This document shows, one piece after another, positions 9,983-18,656 of a stretch of DNA of 64,000 nucleotides. A model generated the notes under the pieces. That model saw only the letters and a list, made by a program, of their open reading frames with translations. It was not told the origin of the DNA and searched no databases. This stretch comes from Pseudomonadota bacterium. Its GTDB lineage: Bacteria > Campylobacterota > Campylobacteria > Campylobacterales > Sulfurimonadaceae. The translations under genes were made by a program, and so were the position numbers. The first letter of the stretch is position 1. Every line of letters starts with the position of its first letter. The stretch spans positions 96,001-160,000 of the forward strand of contig JAZDQA010000012.1 of assembly GCA_043797085.1 (NCBI GenBank). Reading direction: 5' to 3'.

Positions 9983-10381
9983 ATGAAAATATCTCCCAAT
10001 GCCCAATGCCCTTGTCACAGCGGTGAAAAATACAAAAAGTGCTGTCAGCCCTATCATAAAGGGATATTCCCCTCAAATGCCCTCAAACTTATGCGCTCTC
10101 GCTACAGTGCTTATTCTTTGTCTCTGGCGGACTATATCCTAAAAACAACCCATCCCAATAATCCTGATTACACGGATGAAACAGCACTATGGAAAGAAAA
10201 TATTTTAGACTTTTGTGACAATACTCAATTCTTAGGATTAAAGATCAACGAATTTATTGATGGTGAAACGGTCGCTTACGTAACGTTTGACGCAATCTTG
10301 GACAGCGGCTCTCTCAAAGAGAAAAGCCGATTTTTAAAAGAAGACGGGCGATGGCTTTATGAGGGCGGGAGCTTCGATTAG
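9983..10381 (+). CDS. YchJ-family protein with SEC-C motif
   Basis: CPCHSGEKYKKCC, LMRSRYSAY, EKSRF...WLY. Confidence 0.88.
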   Translation: MKISPNAQCPCHSGEKYKKCCQPYHKGIFPSNALKLMRSRYSAYSLSLADYILKTTHPNNPDYTDETALWKENILDFCDNTQFLGLKINEFIDGETVAYVTFDAILDSGSLKEKSRFLKEDGRWLYEGGSFD

Positions 10382-10734
10382 CACCCGACTATTTCTATGC
10401 AATCTTCCCCTTTGGGAATCAGACACAAAAACACATATGCTTCCTCCCCAACCGTCTCATAACTGTGCGCCACGCCCGCTGGAATAAAAAGAATATCCCC
10501 TGCAACCGCTTCAAATGTCACATCTCCACACTTCACATTTGCCTTACCTGAGAGAATATACTGCTCATGTTCCACCGTATTTGTATGATGAGGCATAAAA
10601 CCGCCCGCATCGATCGTGAAACAGCGCATGGCAAAATTGGGAACTTCTTGCAACGAAAGAAGCATCTGCATGCTTACACCAGATCCTGCTTTTTGTGGCA
10701 TCGATTCAATAGAGTTTAATTTTCGGTGTATCAT
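10378..10734 (-). CDS. Cupin-domain protein
   Basis: [17 protein letters not shown] and [14 protein letters not shown] cupin motifs; start chosen at the ATG after SD AAAGG. Confidence 0.85.
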   Translation of the reverse strand: MIHRKLNSIESMPQKAGSGVSMQMLLSLQEVPNFAMRCFTIDAGGFMPHHTNTVEHEQYILSGKANVKCGDVTFEAVAGDILFIPAGVAHSYETVGEEAYVFLCLIPKGEDCIEIVGC

Positions 10735-10778
10735 TATCATCCTTTTTTTGGTTGTATTATCCCATATTTTCCTCAAAC

Positions 10779-10807
10779 TTGACAACCCATCCACCATTGA
10801 TTATAAT
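10779..10807 (+). promoter_or_regulatory. sigma70 promoter of rho: TTGACA-N17-TATAAT
   Basis: Exact consensus -35 (10779-10784) and -10 (10802-10807) with a 17-bp spacer. Confidence 0.7.
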
Positions 10808-10889
10808 GTCACTAACCAAAAAGACTCTCAAGCAATCTACAACTTTCTTCTATTGCACAAAATTAACATACCCTAAGGCTTCTTTCATA

Positions 10890-12221
10890 ATGAGCGAAAA
10901 CGCAAAAACCCCTACTCCTCGAAACAACACCAAAAACCGTACGCATACCCCAGTAGAAGGGTTCACGATTGAAGCCCTTAGAACAAAAACACTTGAAACC
11001 CTCCTAGAGATCGCAACCTCTCTCAACGTCGAAGATCCTAACGAGCTAAAACGTCAAGACCTCATCTTTGAAATCCTTAAAACCCAAGTACAGCAAGGCG
11101 GATTCATCCTCTTTACGGGTATTTTGGAAATCATGCAAGACGGTTACGGTTTCTTACGTGCTGTCGACCAAGGTTTCAGCGATTCAATGCACGATGCATA
11201 CGTTTCCAGTACCCAAATCCGCCGTTTTGCACTGCGTAATGGTGACATCGTTACAGGTCAAGTACGCGCACCAAAAGATCAAGAGCGCTATTACGCCCTT
11301 CTAAAAGTCGAAGCGATCAACTACCTTCCGCCTGAAGAGTCTAAAAAACGTCCGTTATTTGAAAATCTTACCCCTCTTTATGCCCTCGAACAGCTCAAAC
11401 TTGAGTATCTGCCAACGCATCTAACAGGTCGGATGATGGATCTGTTTTGTCCGGTTGGTAAAGGGCAACGTGGTCTCGTTGTCGCTCCTCCACGCTCAGG
11501 AAAAACAGAACTTTTAAAAGAGATTGCTCACGGTATCACCACCAATCATCCCGAAGCAGAACTCATGGTATTGCTCGTCGATGAGCGTCCTGAAGAAGTT
11601 ACCGATATGGAACGCTCCGTCAAAGGCGAAGTTTACAGTTCTACGTTTGATGAGCCTGCTAAAAACCATGTCAAAGTCGCTGAAATGGTCATCGAGCGTG
11701 CAAAACGTCGTGTAGAGCTTGGCAAAGATGTCGTTATCTTGCTCGACTCCATCACCCGTCTTGCCCGTGCGTACAATACCGTTACTCCAAGCTCAGGAAA
11801 AGTCCTTTCAGGGGGAGTCGATGCCAACGCATTGCACAAGCCAAAACGTTTCTTTGGAGCAGCACGTAACATCGAAAACGGCGGAAGTTTAACCATCATC
11901 GCTACTGCACTGGTCGAAACAGGAAGTAAAATGGACGAAGTCATTTTCGAAGAGTTCAAAGGAACCGGTAACTCCGAAGTCGTACTCAGCCGTAAGATTT
12001 CAGAACGTCGAATCTATCCTGCTATTGATATTCTCAAATCAGGTACACGTAAAGAAGAACTTCTTTTAGGTGCCGATGTCTTGCAAAAAGTATTTGTATT
12101 GCGTTCTATGCTGCACAAACAAGAAGACGAAGTTGAAGCATTGCGTTTCCTCTACAGCACCATGCTAAAGAGTAAAAGCAATACTGAATTTCTTGACAGT
12201 ATGAACGAGTCGGGTAAATAA
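10890..12221 (+). CDS. rho: Transcription termination factor Rho
   Basis: [50 protein letters not shown]; start at MSENAK. Confidence 0.97.
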   Translation: MSENAKTPTPRNNTKNRTHTPVEGFTIEALRTKTLETLLEIATSLNVEDPNELKRQDLIFEILKTQVQQGGFILFTGILEIMQDGYGFLRAVDQGFSDSMHDAYVSSTQIRRFALRNGDIVTGQVRAPKDQERYYALLKVEAINYLPPEESKKRPLFENLTPLYALEQLKLEYLPTHLTGRMMDLFCPVGKGQRGLVVAPPRSGKTELLKEIAHGITTNHPEAELMVLLVDERPEEVTDMERSVKGEVYSSTFDEPAKNHVKVAEMVIERAKRRVELGKDVVILLDSITRLARAYNTVTPSSGKVLSGGVDANALHKPKRFFGAARNIENGGSLTIIATALVETGSKMDEVIFEEFKGTGNSEVVLSRKISERRIYPAIDILKSGTRKEELLLGADVLQKVFVLRSMLHKQEDEVEALRFLYSTMLKSKSNTEFLDSMNESGK

Positions 12222-12967
12222 TGCGCGTCGGTGTTTTCGATAGCGGGGTTGGAGGCTTAAGCGTCGTCAAATCCCTATTGGAACACCATCTTTTTGAAGA
12301 GATCATCTATTTTGGTGATACCGCCCGTGTCCCTTATGGGGTCAAAGATCAAAATACCATTATCCGCTATTCTCTCGAAGCAATCGAATTTTTTAAAAAC
12401 TTCGAGATCGATTTACTTATCACCGCATGCAATACCGTCAGTGCCTATGCTCTGGATGAGATGCGTCTTCACAGTGATCATGATGTTATCGGCGTTGTGG
12501 AACCGGGAGTCTTAGCCCTCAAAAATGCCATCCCTGATACGAATGCCAACATTCTTATTCTAGGGACCAAAGCCACAGTAAAATCAGGTGCTTACACAAA
12601 AGGGCTCAATGCTCTTGGCTATCAAAATCTAAGTGCCATTGCCACAGGGCTACTTGTCCCCATCGTCGAAGAGGGATTGTATGAAGGAGAAGTCCTCCAA
12701 AGTACTTTGAACCATTATTTTGGCAATTTGACAGAAGCTCCGGATGCGATTATCCTCGGATGTACCCATTTTCCCCTTATCGCCAATGCCATAGAGTCCT
12801 ACTTCGAGGGAAAAAGTACCTTGATCCACTCAGGAGAAGCAATCGTCGAGTATTTAGAAGCGCATTACGATTTTACGAAACGGTTTGAGCATACAGAACT
12901 GAAATTTTTCGCCTCTGAAAATCCAGAGGGACTTCGACGTACCGCCAAAGAATGGCTACAATTATAA
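12221..12967 (+). CDS. murI: Glutamate racemase
   Basis: VFDSGVGGLSV, GDTARVPYG, ACNT, ILGCTHFP. Confidence 0.96.
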   Translation: MRVGVFDSGVGGLSVVKSLLEHHLFEEIIYFGDTARVPYGVKDQNTIIRYSLEAIEFFKNFEIDLLITACNTVSAYALDEMRLHSDHDVIGVVEPGVLALKNAIPDTNANILILGTKATVKSGAYTKGLNALGYQNLSAIATGLLVPIVEEGLYEGEVLQSTLNHYFGNLTEAPDAIILGCTHFPLIANAIESYFEGKSTLIHSGEAIVEYLEAHYDFTKRFEHTELKFFASENPEGLRRTAKEWLQL

Positions 12968-12977
12968 AGGAAAAGTA

Positions 12978-14603
12978 ATGGCTGAACGTTCCGAAGTATT
13001 AGCATTAAAATACCGCCCAAAACGATTCGAAGAGCTTATCGGACAAGAGAGTATCTCTCAAACTCTCAGCCTCGCTCTGGACTCTAAACGTCTCTCTCAT
13101 GCGTATCTTTTTTCAGGGCTTCGCGGATCAGGAAAAACCTCTACTGCACGGATTTTTGCTAAATCACTCATGTGCGAAAACGGTCCAACTTCCGCACCGT
13201 GTGATGTCTGTTCTCACTGTGTGATGGCGAACGAAGGTCGTCATATTGATATCATCGAAATGGACGCTGCATCCAGTCGTAAAATCGATGACATCCGTGA
13301 CCTCATCGAAAACACCAAATACCGTCCGGCAGCAGGGGCATTTAAAATCTTCATCATTGACGAAGTACACATGCTCACGAAAGAAGCGCATAATGCTCTT
13401 CTTAAAACGCTTGAAGAACCGCCTGAATATGTCAAGTTTATTCTGGCAACGACCGATCCGCTCAAACTCCCGCCTACCATTCTGAGCCGAACACAGCATT
13501 TTCGTTTTAAACGTATCAGTCATCCGAATATTGTTCATCACCTCAGCCACATCCTCCACCTTGAAAATATTGAGTTTCAGCCAGAGTCCCTCGATATTCT
13601 GGCACGAAGCGGGTCAGGAAGCCTACGAGACACGCTTACACTTCTTGATCAGGCAATCATCTATTCCAAAGGTTTTGTTGACGTAAAAACGGTTACTGAT
13701 ATGCTGGGACTTCTTGATCCTGAATATATCTCGCTCCTCTTTGACGCCATTTTCGCCAAAGACCGTAATTCACTTATCGGTATGCTCAAAGAGCTCGAAG
13801 CCTATGAAGCCGAAATGGTGGTCGATGAACTCATCGCTTTTCTCAAAGAAAAGCTTTATGAGGGAGATCATCGCTTTAGTTCTCTGGTTATTGAACGATT
13901 TTTTCGAATTCTCAGTGATGCTAAAACCCTCTTCGCCATCAATGCGGATGGCGGTTTTGTCATAGGACTCATCTTATTTAAGATGATTGAAGCACTGAAG
14001 ATCAAAGAGATCGATGAAATGATCGAGTCCCTCGAATCACGCACACCGCTGCATTCAGTTCCCACTACAACACCGATAGCAACAGCTCCTCAACCTGTTC
14101 AAAAAATCACAGTAACCGCGTCCGAAGTCTCCCCTTTTGATCACTTATGCGCCAAAATCCGTGACCGTGATGCCACTCTTTCGCGATGCTTTGAGAACAA
14201 TATCACATTTGTTTCGTTTTCCGATAATACCTTAACATGGGAAAGTTGTGCTGAGGGAAATGATAGAGAGCTACTAAAACACGGATATTCCATTATCCGC
14301 CAATTTGTCCGTGAAATCTACGGGATCGACACGGTGATAAAATCTCAAGGATGCAGCAAAGAAGCAGTCGCAGAAGCTCCAGAGCCAACACCTGACCCTA
14401 TCATTGAGCCAATCCCTGAACCTGTCATAGAACCAGCTTCTATGGTAGAAGATGTGGAAATTAGCGTCGGAAGCTGTGTCAGTCAATGCGATGAAGTCAG
14501 TGTAAAAGAATTTGACGGTTCAGACGTCCTAAAAGAACCCATGATTGCCAAAGCCGCTGAACTCTTTGAAGCAACCAAGATTACGGTGCAATCGAAGGTA
14601 TAA
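12978..14603 (+). CDS. dnaX: DNA polymerase III subunit gamma/tau
   Basis: ALKYRP, HAYLFSGLRGSGKTS, Zn-binding Cys, IIDEVHML, TILSRTQ. Confidence 0.96.
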   Translation: MAERSEVLALKYRPKRFEELIGQESISQTLSLALDSKRLSHAYLFSGLRGSGKTSTARIFAKSLMCENGPTSAPCDVCSHCVMANEGRHIDIIEMDAASSRKIDDIRDLIENTKYRPAAGAFKIFIIDEVHMLTKEAHNALLKTLEEPPEYVKFILATTDPLKLPPTILSRTQHFRFKRISHPNIVHHLSHILHLENIEFQPESLDILARSGSGSLRDTLTLLDQAIIYSKGFVDVKTVTDMLGLLDPEYISLLFDAIFAKDRNSLIGMLKELEAYEAEMVVDELIAFLKEKLYEGDHRFSSLVIERFFRILSDAKTLFAINADGGFVIGLILFKMIEALKIKEIDEMIESLESRTPLHSVPTTTPIATAPQPVQKITVTASEVSPFDHLCAKIRDRDATLSRCFENNITFVSFSDNTLTWESCAEGNDRELLKHGYSIIRQFVREIYGIDTVIKSQGCSKEAVAEAPEPTPDPIIEPIPEPVIEPASMVEDVEISVGSCVSQCDEVSVKEFDGSDVLKEPMIAKAAELFEATKITVQSKV

Positions 14604-14611
14604 CCTCGATT

Positions 14612-15370
14612 TTATCGTTTTTTCCACACCGACATTTGTGAAATCGTATGTTGAAACTTACGTGCGGTTTCGCGAATAACGAACGGGACATCTTCAGTTG
14701 CGATAAGCTCAAAATGGCTTTCTAATAGTTCTGTTAATCCTTCTAAAGTCGAGACTTCTTTTCCCTTTTCATCCACATAACCGCCTATCCAAAACTTTTT
14801 TGCTGTGTATTCTTCTTTCCATGTATAAGGTGAAGTCAGTACCAAAATTCCATTATCATTAATCCGTTCATGAATGGTTGATAAAAACAATTTTGGCTGA
14901 TACAATCGGTCGATAAGATTGGTAGCCATAACCAAATCATAGCCGCTAAACGTTTCAGCCAAAGCGCACGCATCTCCTTGAGAAAATTTCACTTTGACAC
15001 ACGCATCTCGGAAGCTATACATTGTCATATCAACAAGTATTTGATTTTTAAGATCACCTTCTGTATTTTGCGCATACATTATTCGACCATTTTTTTGAAG
15101 CTCTGCTGCCGCATCTATAAACGCCTGAGAATAGTCAACACCATCCACATGATCAAACTCCAGTGCCAGCTCAAAAGATGCTCGCCCTGTTGCACATCCT
15201 AGATCTAATGCCTTGCTTTGTTGCGTATTTTTAGAATACCCAATGGCTTTTTGCGCACATACTTTAGCAAAGTTTTCAACACCAAAATAGTCATCTCCAT
15301 ATTGAAAATCACAATATTGAGAGACCAATTCATCCGTTTCGTAAATATTTGTTTCTTTCATCATGTCCAC
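14612..15370 (-). CDS. Stand-alone SAM methyltransferase resembling the OvoA C-terminal (mercaptohistidine N-methyltransferase) domain
   Basis: YETDELVSQYCDFQYG, ALDLGCATGRASFELA, GDACAL, NLIDRL, TSPYTW, WIGGY, VPFVIRETARKFQH; start could be the GTG at 15370 or a nearby ATG. Confidence 0.8.
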   Translation of the reverse strand: MDMMKETNIYETDELVSQYCDFQYGDDYFGVENFAKVCAQKAIGYSKNTQQSKALDLGCATGRASFELALEFDHVDGVDYSQAFIDAAAELQKNGRIMYAQNTEGDLKNQILVDMTMYSFRDACVKVKFSQGDACALAETFSGYDLVMATNLIDRLYQPKLFLSTIHERINDNGILVLTSPYTWKEEYTAKKFWIGGYVDEKGKEVSTLEGLTELLESHFELIATEDVPFVIRETARKFQHTISQMSVWKKR

Positions 15371-16435
15371 CTAGCTTTTTAATAATGGAAGTGTATTAAG
15401 CAAATTTTCACAATATTGCCACTGATCCAATGTCTCTTTCCACTCAGAGGGAATCGCATTAACGCCTTTGGACGCACCTAAGACCATCCCGATGGCAATA
15501 GCACGAGAAGCATTATCGCCTCCGACCATTGCATTCGCTTGTAATGCTTTTTTTAAACCCTCTGCTTCATTGGCATACTTGAGAATAAAATAAACCGCTC
15601 CCGGAAGTGTACCCTCCGTCGGGCTCGCTTTACCTACTTTTATTGGCTCAGAGCGTCCAATATCCCACAATCGTGCCATACTGGTCAATGCCAGATCATC
15701 TACGAAAGGTTCAAGCGACAATGGCGACTCAGGATCAGTTGCTTCCGTAAATTTTGCAATCGCCTGCGCTACTTTACGCTCCACAAAACCGCCCATCTGT
15801 ATGGCAACCATTTCAATAGCTTCTTGAGGAGACAACCCGTTTATAACACGATGCGTAACCCGAGCAAAAAATTCTCCACCGCCTAGCGCTTCACTGTTTT
15901 TATGAGTAAACATACATGCTCGAGCAACATTCGCCAGCTCTTCTTCGTTTTCATAATAACCATGAGCCGCAACATGACGAATCGCCATTGCATTCGAAAT
16001 TCCCCCTAAACGCTCTACCGGGACACCCTGTCGTACTTGGGCATACGTTTCTTTGGTCATGGTACAAATCCATGAGCCCCATCCGTTTTCAAGACGATTC
16101 ATCCAATGCCCAATCATGGTACTCACATCAAAAGCTCTTGGCGGTACCGCAGTAGAACTCAAATGTTCTAAAACAACGACATTGTAATCACCATAATCGG
16201 TAGTACCTCCCGCACTTTTCCCCGGATGGTAGTTACGCTCACCCCAACCAATACCATGTGTTTGACCACCCATCATTTCTCCGGGTGACATAAACTTCTC
16301 AATAGGTTTATCCCCATACGCTCTAAAAATCTTCTGTGCATCATACTCGTAATGACTTCCAAGACAAAGGGCATCACCCACTAAAGCACCGAAAAATGCT
16401 CCTCTAATTGCTTCTTCTTTTGTAACATGATCCAT
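15371..16435 (-). CDS. ADP-ribosylglycohydrolase-family protein (crystallin J1/SelJ-like subgroup)
   Basis: GALVGDAL, YHPGKSAGGTTDYGD, FTH, ANAMVGGDNASRAIAIGMVLGA, IPSEW. Confidence 0.82.
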   Translation of the reverse strand: MDHVTKEEAIRGAFFGALVGDALCLGSHYEYDAQKIFRAYGDKPIEKFMSPGEMMGGQTHGIGWGERNYHPGKSAGGTTDYGDYNVVVLEHLSSTAVPPRAFDVSTMIGHWMNRLENGWGSWICTMTKETYAQVRQGVPVERLGGISNAMAIRHVAAHGYYENEEELANVARACMFTHKNSEALGGGEFFARVTHRVINGLSPQEAIEMVAIQMGGFVERKVAQAIAKFTEATDPESPLSLEPFVDDLALTSMARLWDIGRSEPIKVGKASPTEGTLPGAVYFILKYANEAEGLKKALQANAMVGGDNASRAIAIGMVLGASKGVNAIPSEWKETLDQWQYCENLLNTLPLLKS

Positions 16436-16519
16436 ACTATATATCCAATTTTTTTACGAGTTTATCCGATTAAAGCGTTAAGTTTAAAATACTTTATTGC
16501 TTTTTTACTTTTTTTCAGC

Positions 16520-16676
16520 TATACTTCAGCTATTGAAAGATGATTTAGAGTTTCATCTTTGGCTAGCTCTCTATTGAAGACCTTTTGTTAACAGTACGGC
16601 CCGCTCTAAGAATACTCCACTTTATATTTTCGACCACCACGGCAACGGGGTGTATTTTTTAACAAAAAGGTCTACT
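16520..16676 (+). promoter_or_regulatory. csp promoter (-10 TATACT) and ~145-nt structured 5' UTR
   Basis: TATACT at 16520-16525 after T tracts; hairpin AAAGATGA/TCATCTTT; 16578-16591 complementary to the SD region 16659-16673. Confidence 0.6.
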
Positions 16677-16895
16677 ATGGCAGATGTAATCAACGGAACA
16701 GTAAAATGGTTCAATGGCGAAAAAGGTTTTGGATTTATCCAACAAGATAACGGAGACAAAGATTTGTTTGTTCACTTTCGTCAAATTAACCGTACTGGTT
16801 ATGGTCGTGTTTCACTTGAAGAAGGTCAAAAAGTATCTTATACTGTTGGTCAAGGCGAAAAAGGTCCACAAGCAGAAAACGTTACAGCACTGTAA
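16677..16895 (+). CDS. Cold-shock protein (CspA family)
   Basis: [15 protein letters not shown] (RNP1), LFVHF (RNP2), [11 protein letters not shown] after SD AAAGG. Confidence 0.95.
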   Translation: MADVINGTVKWFNGEKGFGFIQQDNGDKDLFVHFRQINRTGYGRVSLEEGQKVSYTVGQGEKGPQAENVTAL

Positions 16896-16903
16896 TTTCT
16901 TCT

Positions 16904-16935
16904 TATTGAGCAGGTTTTCTGCTCAATATCTTCTA
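16904..16935 (+). terminator. Intrinsic terminator-like hairpin after csp
   Basis: TATTGAGCAG-GTTTT-CTGCTCAATA perfect 10-bp stem; weak T tail. Confidence 0.6.
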
Positions 16936-17037
16936 CTCATTCATTAACAATCGTTTCATTCGTCGCTCCACAAAGAACTATTCACCCACTTTTCAATATA
17001 TCTACCAACCCTATTCACGATCACTAAGGATCACCAA

Positions 17038-17223
17038 ATGGAAAGCAGAGAAGCCGTTTTAGATGCCCTTTCAAAAGGTAAAAAACTCACTAGCACCGTT
17101 ACAGGTCTACAATATATTCATATCGATGGAAAACTTCATGCACGTCACGGAGAAAAAAATGACTGGAATCAAAGTGAACTTTGTTTCGATAATCCTCCAT
17201 CATGGCTCAATCTAAGAGACTAA
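17038..17223 (+). CDS. Small hypothetical protein (61 aa)
   Basis: SD AAGGA upstream; abuts the SD of the next gene. Confidence 0.6.
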   Translation: MESREAVLDALSKGKKLTSTVTGLQYIHIDGKLHARHGEKNDWNQSELCFDNPPSWLNLRD

Positions 17224-17232
17224 GGGAACTGT

Positions 17233-17424
17233 ATGAACGGGAATGAGCGTAAGAATATACAATCCGGTAAACGCGTCACCATAGTCCTAAAGCAAGATCA
17301 ATCTTCGGGAAAACTTACTGAAGGAATTGTACGTGATCTTCTTACTAACTCCTCTTCTCATCCGCACGGCATCAAAGTACGCTTAATGAGTGGTGAAGTT
17401 GGTCGCGTTAAAGAGGTCTTTTAA
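17233..17424 (+). CDS. YwbE-family (DUF2196) protein, copy 1
   Basis: IVLKQDQSSGKLTEGIVRDLLTNSSSHPHGIKVRLMSGEVGRV. Confidence 0.9.
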   Translation: MNGNERKNIQSGKRVTIVLKQDQSSGKLTEGIVRDLLTNSSSHPHGIKVRLMSGEVGRVKEVF

Positions 17425-17764
17425 TACCCCAGCGTGATGAACGCATACCCCGCCATAGAACAACTCCAATAAGAATACCTATACTGTCCGCCACGATATC
17501 CAAAGTTGAAAAAAAACGTCCCGGTATAAAATACTGCGTTACTTCAATTTGAAAACCAACGAGCAACAATAGAGCAATTTTTTTGACTTCTGAAAAATGA
17601 TTGTACGCAAAACTGATTAAAATAAATAAAACAAAAAATGCAACAAAGTGGTTTTGTTTATCCCACATTCCATCCATAGCTTCGATATGTTGTGGCGTAA
17701 GAGCTAAATACTCTATCACACTAAAATTGCCAAACAGTGCGCTTTTAAAAAAAATTGTTTTCAT
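17408..17764 (-). CDS. VanZ-family membrane protein
   Basis: WDKQNHFVAF, IEVTQYFIPGR, DIVADSIG. Confidence 0.85.
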   Translation of the reverse strand: MKTIFFKSALFGNFSVIEYLALTPQHIEAMDGMWDKQNHFVAFFVLFILISFAYNHFSEVKKIALLLLVGFQIEVTQYFIPGRFFSTLDIVADSIGILIGVVLWRGMRSSRWGIKRPL

Positions 17765-17771
17765 TGATAGT

Positions 17772-17780
17772 ATTATAACA
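17772..17780 (-). promoter_or_regulatory. Extended -10 TGTTATAAT 7 nt before the VanZ ATG (leaderless candidate)
   Basis: Minus strand TGTTATAAT-ACTATCA-ATG; no SD. Confidence 0.5.
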
Positions 17781-17792
17781 CGCTTCGCACCC

Positions 17793-18656
17793 CTAACGAA
17801 TACTTACAACATTGCGTGTCACGACATCCAACGTATCGGTAATGGTGAACGTTTGATAAGGGATTTTTAGCGAAGATTCTATCATTAATGCTGTCGAAAA
17901 AACGCCGCTAATAACGGCAGAGTGGGAAATGACGGTTGCGGAAAGGAGTTTTCGAGATTGTTCTTGTTTACTGATAATGTGGGAAAATTGACGCTCTTGA
18001 ATCCGGTAATGTCTCTCATAATCTGCTGATGTGGTTAAGGCGGCATCACAAAGATCGACATACATGAGATTTACTGCGGGGTTAATAGGATTTTTTATCC
18101 CTATTTTAAACGCCTCACCATCGGGCTTTTTCCCTAAAGCATATAAATCACCCCCAAAATTGACAAGGGCACTCTTTATTTTCCTTTTTTTTAGAATTTC
18201 AACCGCTTTATCCACCGCATATTCTTTCACCAATCCCCCTAAGTCGATCTTGGTAAAAGGATTGTCAAAAACTATTTTCCCTTTTTTAATCTCAAAATGG
18301 TCACATCCGACATAAGGGGTATAGCACTCTTTATACGATTGAACCTCATCCAATGTATCGAGTTTAAACATTGGTTTTAAAGTTGCCACTGTGATATCGA
18401 ATAAGCCGTTTGTCTGGGTATAAAATGATTTGGCTCTTTGTAAAAGATCTTTGGTTTGCATATCAATGACCTGAAGTTCTCTGGAATTGATTTGTGAGAC
18501 AACCGACATTTCATCAAAATAGTTGTATTTTTTTTCCAAAGCCTTAGTCATGATTAAAATCTCTTTGGCAACCTTAGCAGCTTCTTCTTTATTGGGTAAA
18601 TAAATGACGACCTCGCATGGAGTCGTCATCGCTTCAAAGTGAAAAATATTTTTCAT
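17793..18656 (-). CDS. apbE: FAD:protein FMN transferase (ApbE family)
   Basis: AMTT, GLFDITV, IDLGGLVKEYAVD, VNFGGD, TTSADYER, SHII; no signal peptide. Confidence 0.9.
   Translation of the reverse strand: MKNIFHFEAMTTPCEVVIYLPNKEEAAKVAKEILIMTKALEKKYNYFDEMSVVSQINSRELQVIDMQTKDLLQRAKSFYTQTNGLFDITVATLKPMFKLDTLDEVQSYKECYTPYVGCDHFEIKKGKIVFDNPFTKIDLGGLVKEYAVDKAVEILKKRKIKSALVNFGGDLYALGKKPDGEAFKIGIKNPINPAVNLMYVDLCDAALTTSADYERHYRIQERQFSHIISKQEQSRKLLSATVISHSAVISGVFSTALMIESSLKIPYQTFTITDTLDVVTRNVVSIR

Noticed and set aside
14095..14115. Possible programmed frameshift site in dnaX (A6 run in the linker)
   Set aside because: In frame it reads CAA-AAA-ATC, not an X-XXY-YYZ slippery heptamer, and no clear downstream stimulator is visible
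14370..14440. Pro/Glu repeats (PEPTPDPIIEPIPEPVIEP) in DnaX
   Set aside because: Ordinary low-complexity linker, not a DNA repeat element
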